Below the pieces are notes generated by a model. That model was not told the DNA's origin. It did no database searches and worked only from the letters and a program-made list of their open reading frames with translations. Positions 1 to 8,931 of a stretch of 64,000 bases of DNA are shown here, piece by piece. This DNA is from Candidatus Omnitrophota bacterium. GTDB taxonomy: Bacteria; Omnitrophota; Gorgyraeia; Pluralincolimonadales; Pluralincolimonadaceae. The stretch is from positions 409,476 to 473,475 of the forward strand of contig JAQUPL010000001.1 in the NCBI GenBank assembly GCA_028716565.1, read 5' to 3'. Numbering within the stretch: position 1 is the stretch's first letter; each line of letters starts with the position of its first letter. Both the position numbers and the translations under genes were made by a program.

Positions 1-688
1 CTTCGGCGGCGGCGCTGCGCTCATCTTCTCCGCCGACCAAAACGGCTTTTATCCGGAACGCGTCGATCATCTTATCGCAGACTTGGGCGAATCTTTCGGC
101 CGGCCATAATTTTTCCGGGTTGCTTGTGCCCGGATGGACGGCTGCGAAACCGCCTCCGGTGATGCCGTTCCGCGCTAATATTTCCGCCGCGGCGCGTTCA
201 TCCGTCTCTGCCAAAGGAAAACAGAGTTTTTTGCTTAAGATCACGGCACCTGCGGCCTTCGCAAGGTCGAGGTTATATTCGACCTCGTGTTTCTCGCAAA
301 GGTATTTTTTGTCTTCGATCGAACGCGTAAGCAGGAACCCGAGTTTCCTGTCGTAACCTACCCTTACGGGTATCCCTGCGAGAAAGGCGGCGACATTAAA
401 AAACTTGCTCGGATTGAAGATGACGACCATATCGAACCCCGACACCCTCAGGAAGCGGATAAATCTCAAGCGCTTTGCAAACGAATCGAGATCGGGAACG
501 GGATCGAGCTTGACGATGGAATCGAAGCAGGGATTCCCCTCGACCACAGGCGAAGAAGAAGGTTTTACCAGGAGCGTAATTTTGGCGCCGGGGAAACTCT
601 CTCGTACCGAGCCGAACGCCGGGGTAGTAAGCAACAACTCTCCAATCCTGTCCGTCCTGACGAGAAGTATCCTGCGGGGCTTTAACAA
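1..688 (-). CDS. glycosyltransferase family 9 (ADP-heptose:LPS heptosyltransferase-like), C-terminal part cut by window edge
   Basis: Manual translation of the minus strand from about 688 downward gives LLKPRRILLVRTDRIGELLLTTPAFGSVRESFPGAKITLLVKPSS..., the hallmark N-terminus of GT9 heptosyltransferases. There is no ATG; the probable start is TTG at 688-686, immediately after the upstream stop at 698-696. It is absent from the ORF track because it runs off the window. Confidence 0.6.
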   Translation of the reverse strand, partial: MLKPRRILLVRTDRIGELLLTTPAFGSVRESFPGAKITLLVKPSSSPVVEGNPCFDSIVKLDPVPDLDSFAKRLRFIRFLRVSGFDMVVIFNPSKFFNVAAFLAGIPVRVGYDRKLGFLLTRSIEDKKYLCEKHEVEYNLDLAKAAGAVILSKKLCFPLAETDERAAAEILARNGITGGGFAAVHPGTSNPEKLWPAERFAQVCDKMIDAFRIKAVLVGGEDERSAAAE

Positions 689-695
689 ATTGGAC

Positions 696-2159
696 CTACT
701 CAGGCTGAACCCTTGCGACCGCGAGTCCGCACATCGACCAAAAAAGGACCGCCAGCGGAAGGGAATAGAGGTTGGTATCGACGAAACTATTGACGAGGGT
801 AGCTATTATACATGCGACCGCACCTATTGCGGCAGCTTTCAAGAACTTATCGGAAGTACCCGTAAATTTTGAGATGCCCCGGATAAAAACACTCACGCAG
901 AACCACAAAAAGACCAGAAGGCCTATTATCCCTGTCTCGGCGGCTATCTGGAGGAAACAATTATGGGCATAAACGATCCATTCATAACTAGCGGGTTTAT
1001 ATTTCTCGAATACGCTCATGAATGTATTTAACCCATGGCCGAATAAAGGCCTGTCTAAAAACATCTTCCAGCCTGTCTTCCATATTAAAAATCTGTCCAT
1101 CGAAGAGAGGTCGCTCCCTAATTTAGATAAGGAGCCCAACTGGGCCTTGATATCCGGAGGCGCGATCAACGCAGTTAATGAGACCAGTAAAGCCACTATT
1201 ATGAGCGCGGCAACGAGACGTTTCCAGCCGGTAAAGATAAGAAGAAATAAAAACCCGGCAACGAATCCCAGCCATGCGCCTCTCGCGAAAGTAAGCAGCA
1301 AACAGGCCGCAAGGACCAGGGATATCACTAAAAGCCCGATTTTTTTCTTCCAATTCATCACGCTAAAGGCAATGAGCGCAAGCGGCAAAGGCAACATTGT
1401 CGCTACATAAGTGCCGAAATCATTCGGGGCTTTGAACGCCGCGGTTATTTTCATGTCAGCGAACATGGGGAACTTCCGGAAAAGGTCATAGCCGGCCAAT
1501 CTCTGGTATATGCCGTCTATTCCGGAAAAAAAGGCGGCGATTAAAAAAGAAGAAACAAGATTAAAGACCCTCCTCGGCGTGTTAATTACATCCGCCATTA
1601 TCAGGAATATCAGAAGATATTCCATGGTCTTGAAGAGGAACGCTTCGGCGCTCATCCCAAGCCGCTGGCTTGTGAAGGCAGAGGTTATCAGGCTTACGGC
1701 CATAAAGGATAAGGTTGATGCCTTAAGGCTGAACCCATGATTTGACCTTGCGACCGCCAGGGCTACTATAAAAAAAAGTATGTTCAGGAATATGGCAAAT
1801 AGGGTTATCGGGAGGAAGACCCCGGTCACGAACAGGTCTCCTTCAATATCAAAATGGTGAGAGATGACCGCCAGGGAGATCATGATCGATGAATATACGA
1901 GGAGGACCGCCAGGATACCCACAGGAACGAGGATCTTCAATACATCGTAAGTCGATGCGGGGGGGACAAATGATTTCATCTTCCCTAGCGTCCATTCCCA
2001 TGCTTTGAGGCCGTTTTTATAAAGCCAGATCATTATCGACAATGTGGCAAAGACCTCGACCACGCTCTTGGAGGTGGGAATGAAGAAGACGAGGGTATAA
2101 AGCATATACTCGACGACCTTGTCGCAGGCCGCATAGAGTCTTTGCCTGTCGGCACTCAT
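696..2159 (-). CDS. O-antigen ligase / Wzy_C-family membrane protein (WaaL-type ligase or PglL-type O-oligosaccharyltransferase)
   Basis: 487 aa polytopic membrane protein with the Wzy_C signature YAHNCFLQIAAETGIIGLLVF. Its stop overlaps the downstream start by 4 nt. Confidence 0.7.
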   Translation of the reverse strand: MSADRQRLYAACDKVVEYMLYTLVFFIPTSKSVVEVFATLSIMIWLYKNGLKAWEWTLGKMKSFVPPASTYDVLKILVPVGILAVLLVYSSIMISLAVISHHFDIEGDLFVTGVFLPITLFAIFLNILFFIVALAVARSNHGFSLKASTLSFMAVSLITSAFTSQRLGMSAEAFLFKTMEYLLIFLIMADVINTPRRVFNLVSSFLIAAFFSGIDGIYQRLAGYDLFRKFPMFADMKITAAFKAPNDFGTYVATMLPLPLALIAFSVMNWKKKIGLLVISLVLAACLLLTFARGAWLGFVAGFLFLLIFTGWKRLVAALIIVALLVSLTALIAPPDIKAQLGSLSKLGSDLSSMDRFLIWKTGWKMFLDRPLFGHGLNTFMSVFEKYKPASYEWIVYAHNCFLQIAAETGIIGLLVFLWFCVSVFIRGISKFTGTSDKFLKAAAIGAVACIIATLVNSFVDTNLYSLPLAVLFWSMCGLAVARVQPE

Positions 2160-3946
2160 CTCAGGTATATCCCGCTTACTTGATGGTACTGCGCTCCGCT
2201 CTCCCTGCAGATCGCCTCTATATCCTCTTTTGTCTTGTTATCCGCTGAAGGTATGGCGATGATCACCTCGTCTATCGAGTGTACCTCAACCAACCGCGGG
2301 ATATCGGACCTTACTCCTAATACCGAGACTCCCTGGATCCTCCTGCCCTGCTTCGACGGATCGTCGTCTACAAATCCCACCGGCCAGTAATTAAAGGCCT
2401 TGTTCTTGCGCACCTCGCGAAGGAAGGCATCGCCGGTATCCCCCGCTCCGAAGATCAATATCTTCTTCCCTTTCGCGTCCAGCGAAACGAATATCTGCTC
2501 CTTGAAGAGCCTGAAGGCGACCCTTACCGCGGACATGAGGATCAGCAGGATCATTGCGTCCAGCAGGAATATCATCCTTGAGAAACCCTCGAACCTGAAC
2601 GCTACCACAAGCGCAGTAGCCGAAACCACGGTTCCCAGTATAACGCCTTTGACTATATTCAATATCTCGTTGAGCCCTATATATCTCCAGATATTCCCGT
2701 AAACGCCGGTGATCGAAAAAGCAAGCAGGTTTACCACTATCATTATCGGGAGTGATTTCGCTATCAGTTTAAAATTAAAGGGATCTATTACGCCGTCATA
2801 GCGGATTATATAACTGGAAAAATAAGCGATACAGATCAGACAGAGGTCGCATACTACCTCGAAAATGACCCTCTTATATTTTATCAGGGCGTCGATAAGC
2901 TCGGACTGGTTCTTGTAATATGAAACGCTGCGAGGCAATGTAGCGGCGGTTGCATCCTCTTCCCTGCGGGTCATCTTATTGAGGAACACGCCTAGCGAGA
3001 AGACTACTATGAGGAGCAGCGTCACTACCGTAATGCTTACATATGCCTTCATATACAAAGAAGCGTAGGCCGCAAGCCCGAAGAGGAGCGATATTAAATA
3101 CAGGACCGTGACCGCTTTCCTTTCGTGCCAACCGAGAAAAACCATCCTGTGGGAGGTGTGGTCTTTCCCTCCCTTTGCTACCGACCTCCCGTCTATCGTC
3201 CTGGTCACCGTGACGAAGATCGTATCGAAGATCGGGACCGCGAGCGCCAATACGGGTATAAGCAAGACGAGAAATAGGTGCGAGGCTTCTTTCCATGTCC
3301 CCATGACCGTGATCGAGGCTAGGGTAAAACCCAGGAACATCGCGCCGCAATCTCCCATAAATATCTTAGCCGGATAGAAATTATGCGGCAGGAAGCCAAG
3401 GGCCGCGCCACTCAGTATAAGCGCGAACATGGCCATTTCATGATTATTGAGCGCCAGAGCGCAGGCGAAAACAGTGAGCGAAGCGATCGCGGCAACTCCT
3501 GACGATAAGCCATCCATATTATCGAGCAGGTTAAAGGAATTGGTTATTCCGACGATCCACAGTATAGTCAACGGTATGGCCAACGCCGAAGGTATTATAT
3601 TTATCGAGACCCCCGAAATGACGGTCAGGGAAGCGCAAACTATCTGCCCGACAAGCTTGGACTGAGGGGTCAACCCCTTTAGGTCATCCGCTACTCCGAG
3701 CAAAAATATGGAGGTGCCTCCGATAAGAAGCCCAAACCCTCCCTTTAGGTCCCTGAGATAAACCAGATAGGTTAATATGAACGCGGCATATATCGCCACT
3801 CCGCCCATAATCGGTATGACGTTCTTGTGCCACCTGTCCTCTTTTGGCCTGGCCACAATACCCGCGCGGCCGGCAATCGCTTTTACCAGCGGTGTAAGGA
3901 GGAAACTGATCAAAAATGCCGTCAAAAACAAGTACAAGAATTTCAA
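2156..3946 (-). CDS. polyprenyl-phosphate HexNAc-1-phosphate transferase (WecA/MraY family) fused to a C-terminal 4-TM plus CoA_binding_3-like Rossmann module
   Basis: The N-terminal half carries the conserved NSFNLLDNMDGLSSG and FMGDCGAMFLGF motifs of WecA/WbpL/MraY. The C-terminal roughly 250 aa carry KKILIFGAGDTGDAFLREV...VGFVDDDPSKQGRRIQGVSVLG...VIIAIPSA, which normally forms the N-terminus of WbaP/PglF/CapD proteins. Confidence 0.7.
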   Translation of the reverse strand: MKFLYLFLTAFLISFLLTPLVKAIAGRAGIVARPKEDRWHKNVIPIMGGVAIYAAFILTYLVYLRDLKGGFGLLIGGTSIFLLGVADDLKGLTPQSKLVGQIVCASLTVISGVSINIIPSALAIPLTILWIVGITNSFNLLDNMDGLSSGVAAIASLTVFACALALNNHEMAMFALILSGAALGFLPHNFYPAKIFMGDCGAMFLGFTLASITVMGTWKEASHLFLVLLIPVLALAVPIFDTIFVTVTRTIDGRSVAKGGKDHTSHRMVFLGWHERKAVTVLYLISLLFGLAAYASLYMKAYVSITVVTLLLIVVFSLGVFLNKMTRREEDATAATLPRSVSYYKNQSELIDALIKYKRVIFEVVCDLCLICIAYFSSYIIRYDGVIDPFNFKLIAKSLPIMIVVNLLAFSITGVYGNIWRYIGLNEILNIVKGVILGTVVSATALVVAFRFEGFSRMIFLLDAMILLILMSAVRVAFRLFKEQIFVSLDAKGKKILIFGAGDTGDAFLREVRKNKAFNYWPVGFVDDDPSKQGRRIQGVSVLGVRSDIPRLVEVHSIDEVIIAIPSADNKTKEDIEAICRESGAQYHQVSGIYLR

Positions 3947-3948
3947 GT

Positions 3949-4914
3949 CTAAGCCTTTTCCTTTGTATACATAACAACGTCTTCGATGATAGTCTTTAGA
4001 TCCGCGGTGGGCTTGAACCCTATCAGGTCGCGTATCTTCGTCGTGTCAGGTACCCTCCTCTCCATGTCCTCGAAGCCCTCCTCATAGGCCTTTTCGTAAG
4101 GTATGCGGACTACCTTTGAGCGGCTGCCTGTTATCTCTATGACCTTTTGGGCAAGCCCTTCGATCGTGATCTCTTCCTGGCTCCCGATATTGAAGACCTG
4201 CCCGTAGGCTTTTTGGTTTTCAATGACTTTCGGAAGGGCATTCACAACGTCTTTTACGTGCAGGAAACACCTTGATTGTTTCCCGGAACCGTAAACGGTT
4301 ATATCCCTATTCTCGAGAGCCTGTTTCACGAACCTCGGGACTACCATACCGTATGCCCCCGACTGGCGGGGCCCTACGGTATTAAAAAGCCTGACGATCG
4401 TGGCCGGGACGTTCTTCTCTTTCCAATATACGTAGGCAAGCATCTCGTCCACCGCCTTGGCGGTCGAATAGCTCCATCTCGATTTAAGGGGCGAACCGAG
4501 TATCCTGTCCTGGTCCTCCTTCAGCGGCCCCTGCGTATTCTTACCGTAAATCTCGGACGTGGACGTAATGAGGACCTTTTTATGATAGCGATACGCCATC
4601 TCCAGGACGGTCTCGCTTCCTTTGATATTCGTCGTAAGGGATTCGAGGGGATGATTTACGATAAGCTCGACCCCGACTGCGGCCGCGAGATGGAATATGG
4701 CGTCGCAGCGTTCGGCCAGCTTGTCCACGAGGGATTGATTAAGGATCGTCCCCACAACAAGCTGGAAAGAGGGATTGCTCTCGAGATGTTTCACGTTTTC
4801 TATCTTCCCGGTAGAAAGATCGTCAAGGACGGTCACCTTGTGTCCCTCTCCTACCAGCTTGTCCGACAGATGGGAGCCGATAAAACCGGCCCCTCCCGTG
4901 ATCAGGTAATTCAC
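3949..4914 (-). CDS. NAD-dependent epimerase/dehydratase, UDP-glucuronate decarboxylase (UXS / ArnA C-domain)-like
   Basis: GGAGFIGSH Rossmann motif, ITSTSEIYG, YSTAK (YxxxK), RLFNTVGPRQ and ITVYGSGKQSRCFLHVKDVV match the UXS/ArnA decarboxylase family. GTG start at 4914-4912 is preceded by GGAGA. Confidence 0.6.
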   Translation of the reverse strand: MNYLITGGAGFIGSHLSDKLVGEGHKVTVLDDLSTGKIENVKHLESNPSFQLVVGTILNQSLVDKLAERCDAIFHLAAAVGVELIVNHPLESLTTNIKGSETVLEMAYRYHKKVLITSTSEIYGKNTQGPLKEDQDRILGSPLKSRWSYSTAKAVDEMLAYVYWKEKNVPATIVRLFNTVGPRQSGAYGMVVPRFVKQALENRDITVYGSGKQSRCFLHVKDVVNALPKVIENQKAYGQVFNIGSQEEITIEGLAQKVIEITGSRSKVVRIPYEKAYEEGFEDMERRVPDTTKIRDLIGFKPTADLKTIIEDVVMYTKEKA

Positions 4915-4940
4915 GAATTTATCTCCTTTTGTAAGACTCT

Positions 4941-4969
4941 ATTATAAGTTATCTGATACGATTTTGCAA
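4941..4969 (-). promoter_or_regulatory. sigma70-like promoter (TTGCAA-17 nt-TATAAT) with downstream Shine-Dalgarno GGAGA for the epimerase gene
   Basis: On the minus strand, TTGCAA (plus-strand 4964-4969) is followed by a 17-nt spacer and TATAAT (plus-strand 4941-4946). GGAGA at 4926-4922 lies 7 nt before the GTG start at 4914. This is the only gap over 50 nt in the window. Confidence 0.45.
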
Positions 4970-4975
4970 TATGCC

Positions 4976-6154
4976 TCAATCCCTTTGGCGAAGCGCCTCT
5001 TCGTAAAGGGCTTTCATATCCTTCACAAGGCGCTCTTTGGAATATTTCTGCAGGACTTTCCGGCGGCCGTTCCTGCCGAATTCGTCCCGTTTTTCAGGAT
5101 CCACGGCCAGCTCAAGGAGGCGTTTTGCGAAACCCGCGGCATCTCCCGAAGCGACGAGACAGCCATTTATCCCGTCATCCACTACATCCTTCACGCCGCC
5201 CACATCGGTCGATACGACAGGCCTGCCGGCAGCGAGCGCCTCTATCAAAGCTACGGGAGTGCCTTCATTAAACGATGTCAGGGCGATGATATCCAGGTCC
5301 GCATATACATCGGCCATCTCCTCTTTCCATCCGTGAAAGACGATCTTCTCGCGGATCCCTGACTTCTCCGCATATCCTTCAAGCCCTGCTCTCTCTTCCC
5401 CGTCACCGATCACGATGCACTTTATATCCCGTCCGCCTGCCTTATCAAATAATTTCTTGCAGGCATCCAAAAACATCCTGTGGTTCTTGACCGGAACGAG
5501 CCTTCCGATTATCCCTATCAGGACGCAGTCATTGCCGATACCCAGCTCATTCCTGAGCTTCCCTTCCCTCGACCCGATCGAAGATAACACATCCAACTCC
5601 AGGCCTAAGGGCACTACTTTTACTTTTTCATCGCCGGTTATCTTATATTTTTTAATTATCTCTTTTTTCTGCGTCTCGCTGACTACCACTATATATTTGG
5701 AAAAAAAAGCCAGGGATCTCTCTATGAAAAGAAAGACACCGGCAGAGAAACTATTGAAATAACTCTCAAATATATGCCCGTGGAAAGTGTGTATCCTGAC
5801 CGGGATCCCCGCCAAAATTGCCGCGGCCCTTCCCAATGCACCGGCCTTGGCTGTATGGGTATGCACTATATCCGGCCTCTCCCGCCGCATGATCAAGTAC
5901 ATCTTCCATAGCGCTATGAGATCGTTTACCGGATCGATCCTTCGCCCCAATTCCGGGATGATAAGCGGTTCTACGCCTTTTCCCCTGGCCAAATAGCCCA
6001 TATCCTTTTCATCGATACCGACCCTGCCCGTAACCAGGATAGACCTGTAATATTCGTCATTTAAGGCTTGCGTCAAGAGGATGGTGTGAATGGCCGGGCC
6101 GCCTACATTCAGGCGGGCGATGATCCTGAGGACCTTCAGTTTTTTTGGGGTCAT
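4976..6154 (-). CDS. glycosyltransferase family 4 (GT-B)
   Basis: 392 aa with the EGTPVALIEALAAGRPVVSTDVGG (E-x7-E) GT4 motif. Confidence 0.7.
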   Translation of the reverse strand: MTPKKLKVLRIIARLNVGGPAIHTILLTQALNDEYYRSILVTGRVGIDEKDMGYLARGKGVEPLIIPELGRRIDPVNDLIALWKMYLIMRRERPDIVHTHTAKAGALGRAAAILAGIPVRIHTFHGHIFESYFNSFSAGVFLFIERSLAFFSKYIVVVSETQKKEIIKKYKITGDEKVKVVPLGLELDVLSSIGSREGKLRNELGIGNDCVLIGIIGRLVPVKNHRMFLDACKKLFDKAGGRDIKCIVIGDGEERAGLEGYAEKSGIREKIVFHGWKEEMADVYADLDIIALTSFNEGTPVALIEALAAGRPVVSTDVGGVKDVVDDGINGCLVASGDAAGFAKRLLELAVDPEKRDEFGRNGRRKVLQKYSKERLVKDMKALYEEALRQRD

Positions 6155-6501
6155 TTAAAAATTTTACTTAAAATAAAACTGTTCTTCTTGATCTCCTGCC
6201 AGCCGGTTTCGCAGGAAAATCCGCCCAGGCATAAAATTAAGACTGCGCTTTTTATTATCATATCAAGTAAACTCATTTCCTTGTGAAGCGCTAAATCCAA
6301 AAAAATATTCACCATGACCGCCGTAAATATAAAAATAGACGCCGATCTGACCGCTTTATTGAAAAAGCCTTGTTTGATCCTTGATAACAAGACCGCTGTT
6401 TTGCTGTTTTTTATTAAATCCCCGATGATCGACCGCGATTCACCGTAGAAACCGGACAGCCACGCCGCGACCTTGCTTTCCTCTGTCACTCTTTGGTTCA
6501 T
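6151..6501 (-). CDS. small hypothetical membrane protein
   Basis: 116 aa, two hydrophobic segments, AT-rich. It has 4-nt overlaps with both neighbours, which suggests translational coupling. Confidence 0.35.
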   Translation of the reverse strand: MNQRVTEESKVAAWLSGFYGESRSIIGDLIKNSKTAVLLSRIKQGFFNKAVRSASIFIFTAVMVNIFLDLALHKEMSLLDMIIKSAVLILCLGGFSCETGWQEIKKNSFILSKIFK

Positions 6502-7028
6502 TTATTCCCTTTTTTCTCCGCTAAGTGCGCATTGTCAAAATCTATTATCACGCCCTGGAAATTATAACTATCAGTACTTAATACTACACTATTACCTATT
6601 TTCACGGCGTAATTGTTAAAAAATAAAACCCCTCTCTCTTCCGTGCAATTTACATCAAATAAACACACGACATCCCTGCCGCTCGGGTTCGGGACTAAAA
6701 AATAATCGTTGTTCCTCAGGTTGAACTGGTTTATAGTGATGATCTCCGAAGGTACGTTGCTGATGATCTTCTTTAAGACCCCTATCGTATTGCCTTCGTT
6801 ATCCTTGACTATATCCCCTTCGCGGAAAAAACCCGCTAATTCGGGCATGACACTGGCGCATTTGATCTTTATAGAGATTTTTTTATAATCTTTAACAGCC
6901 CATTTATGCGTCAATGCCTTATTCCCTAAATAAAATACCGGCGTAAGGCCCAGCAAGAACAGGATCACCAGAAAATCAATAAGGTTGATCCTGCCGAATA
7001 TTTTCCCTTTCTCATCGATAAACTTCAT
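6498..7028 (-). CDS. hypothetical protein with N-terminal TM anchor, DUF4330-like
   Basis: N-terminus MKFIDEKGKIFGRINLIDFLVILFLLGL resembles the DUF4330 family from memory. 176 aa. Confidence 0.4.
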   Translation of the reverse strand: MKFIDEKGKIFGRINLIDFLVILFLLGLTPVFYLGNKALTHKWAVKDYKKISIKIKCASVMPELAGFFREGDIVKDNEGNTIGVLKKIISNVPSEIITINQFNLRNNDYFLVPNPSGRDVVCLFDVNCTEERGVLFFNNYAVKIGNSVVLSTDSYNFQGVIIDFDNAHLAEKKGNK

Positions 7029-7056
7029 TTTCCTTCTCCTTTGTTTGGCATCCTGT

Positions 7057-8931
7057 TTAAATATAACCGTTCAACCAATAATAAAAGATGGCCAGATATT
7101 CACGGAATATGCCCTCTATCTGCGCAAAGCTGATCTGCTTCCAACTCCCCCCGGCATAAAAATCATCCGTCCTGTGCTTATAAAATGAATTTTTTTTCAC
7201 CGGGGTATAGGCCACTTCCAGCCCCTTGCCGGTCTTTTTAAATACAAGCGAGACCCGCCGCATATGATACGGGGAGCTTACCACGAGGATCTTGTTCCAT
7301 CCCTTATTTTTCAATATCTCCTCTGAAAATACGACATTTTGATAAGTGCTCATCGCCTTGTCTTCCAGGATGATCGCATCTTCGGGCACTCCCAGTGAAA
7401 CGGCGATGACTTTCATCATGACAGGCTCTTTGAAAATATACATATATCCCGAAGAAAAAATGATATTCTTAGCGAAACCAGCCTTATATAGCTCGACCGC
7501 GTATTCGGTCCTTTCCAGGTAACCTTGGCCTACCTTCCCCGATTCGCCTACGCCCCCGGCAAATACCACAATTGCGTCAGCCTTGCGCGGAACATCGGTT
7601 ATCTTGAGCGGCCCCGCCAAAAACCAGACAAGCGGGGTGTAAAAGATGATGAGGTAAATAAACGCTACGGCTACGGCGAGGCGCGCCAGGCGCTTTTGCG
7701 CCTTCCGGTAAAAGGCGAGCAGGTTCTCTTTCCAGCCGGCCTCGTTCCGGGCCATCTTTTCTTCAACGGCTCCCTCTATAAGCCGGCTCATCTCCTCGAT
7801 CCGGTTCTTCCAGCTGTTCTTTTGGGCATAGGCGACCCGCTTCTCTATCATACTGCTGTCATCTTCGCCCAAGGCCTTATCGATACAGGCGCTGAACTCT
7901 TCCTTATTTTCCGCTATATAAATTATGTTCCCGTATGTTTTTTTCACATGCCTGAGCTCGGGCAGGCCCGTAGAAACGACGCTTTTGCCCAACGCCAGAT
8001 ACTCGTTCAGCTTTGCCGGATAGATGCATTCGGTGAACTCGTTTATGAGATACGGTATGACCGCCACATCAAAATTATTCACGTAATTCGGCAACTCGTC
8101 GTGGGATTTCTGCCCCAGGAAATATATGTTTTTCAGCCGCGCAAGCTCCCCGACGTCCATCTGCAAAGGCCCTACAAACACAAAGGAATATTCAGGGTGC
8201 GACTCGGCCAGGTATTTGATCAACTCCTTGTCCAGCCACTTCCTCACCCCGCCCGAAAAGCCGATCACCGGCCTCCTGATGCCCTTCATGTCTACGGGCA
8301 AATCAGCCGCGCCCGTCTTACCCCTGTCGAATTTATCTATATTTACGGTGAACGGGAATTTATAGACCATTTCGTTAAACTGCGAGCAGTACGAGTAAAG
8401 CTTGTCCGCCGTAACGAATACCAGGTCGCTCATCCCAATGACCTTTTTCTCGTATTGCTCTACTTTTTTCGCCGTAGATGAGACCAGCTTAAGGTTATCA
8501 AGGCAGTAGTATATTAGTAATTTCCTGTCGATCCCGTTGATAAGGTCAAGGGTAAGGGCGGTGGGCAGAAAAACCCAGATTATGGGGTTTGTGAAATTTA
8601 GCGCCTTCATCCATTTTTTCAGGACGGATAAGATCATTATCCTGTTGATCCATCGGGCAGGCCTGAAATACGGGAAAGGCACGACCAGCGGCGAAAGGAT
8701 ATAGAGATTCGCGGATTCCTTTCTCACTCCTTTTACTCCCCTGAACCAGTTCTTGAACCTCTTTTTTATGCGCGAGATGTCCCTCACTCCCGGCATCCGC
8801 ACCCCGGTGTTCTCTATGAAAAACACCTTATTGCCGTTCTTGGCCAAAGTCAGCATTATCTCTTGATGCCCCTGCCAGATGAAATCCCAGTCTATGCTGG
8901 ATATGCAGATAATATTTTCGTTTTTGATCAT
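7057..8931 (-). CDS. GT-B glycosyltransferase fused to C-terminal DUF218 (YdcF/ElyC/SanA-like) domain
   Basis: N-terminal ICISSIDWDFIWQGHQEIM and a GT1/GT4-like core. C-terminal ADAIVVFAGGVGESGKVGQGYLERTEYAVELY...VVSSPYHMRRV matches DUF218. Confidence 0.6.
   Translation of the reverse strand: MIKNENIICISSIDWDFIWQGHQEIMLTLAKNGNKVFFIENTGVRMPGVRDISRIKKRFKNWFRGVKGVRKESANLYILSPLVVPFPYFRPARWINRIMILSVLKKWMKALNFTNPIIWVFLPTALTLDLINGIDRKLLIYYCLDNLKLVSSTAKKVEQYEKKVIGMSDLVFVTADKLYSYCSQFNEMVYKFPFTVNIDKFDRGKTGAADLPVDMKGIRRPVIGFSGGVRKWLDKELIKYLAESHPEYSFVFVGPLQMDVGELARLKNIYFLGQKSHDELPNYVNNFDVAVIPYLINEFTECIYPAKLNEYLALGKSVVSTGLPELRHVKKTYGNIIYIAENKEEFSACIDKALGEDDSSMIEKRVAYAQKNSWKNRIEEMSRLIEGAVEEKMARNEAGWKENLLAFYRKAQKRLARLAVAVAFIYLIIFYTPLVWFLAGPLKITDVPRKADAIVVFAGGVGESGKVGQGYLERTEYAVELYKAGFAKNIIFSSGYMYIFKEPVMMKVIAVSLGVPEDAIILEDKAMSTYQNVVFSEEILKNKGWNKILVVSSPYHMRRVSLVFKKTGKGLEVAYTPVKKNSFYKHRTDDFYAGGSWKQISFAQIEGIFREYLAIFYYWLNGYI

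Noticed and set aside
287-872. Plus-strand ORFs 287..685 and 405..872, and 120..356, at the window start
   Set aside because: The minus strand of the same region translates into a clear GT9 heptosyltransferase N-terminus (ILLVRTDRIGELLLTTPAF...). The plus-strand ORFs have a charged, low-complexity composition and are antisense artefacts.
6151-6501. Calling the 116-aa ORF a pseudogene or spurious
   Set aside because: It is short and AT-rich with no family match. However, it has exact 4-nt start/stop overlaps with both neighbours and two hydrophobic helices, so I kept it as a low-confidence small membrane protein rather than discarding it.
7525-8481. 318-aa plus-strand ORF, and similar long plus ORFs at 37858..38754, 39646..40494, 58588..59571
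   Set aside because: They lie fully antisense to genes with strong family motifs, and their own translations show no recognisable domain and have a biased R/P/G-rich composition. They are treated as shadow ORFs.
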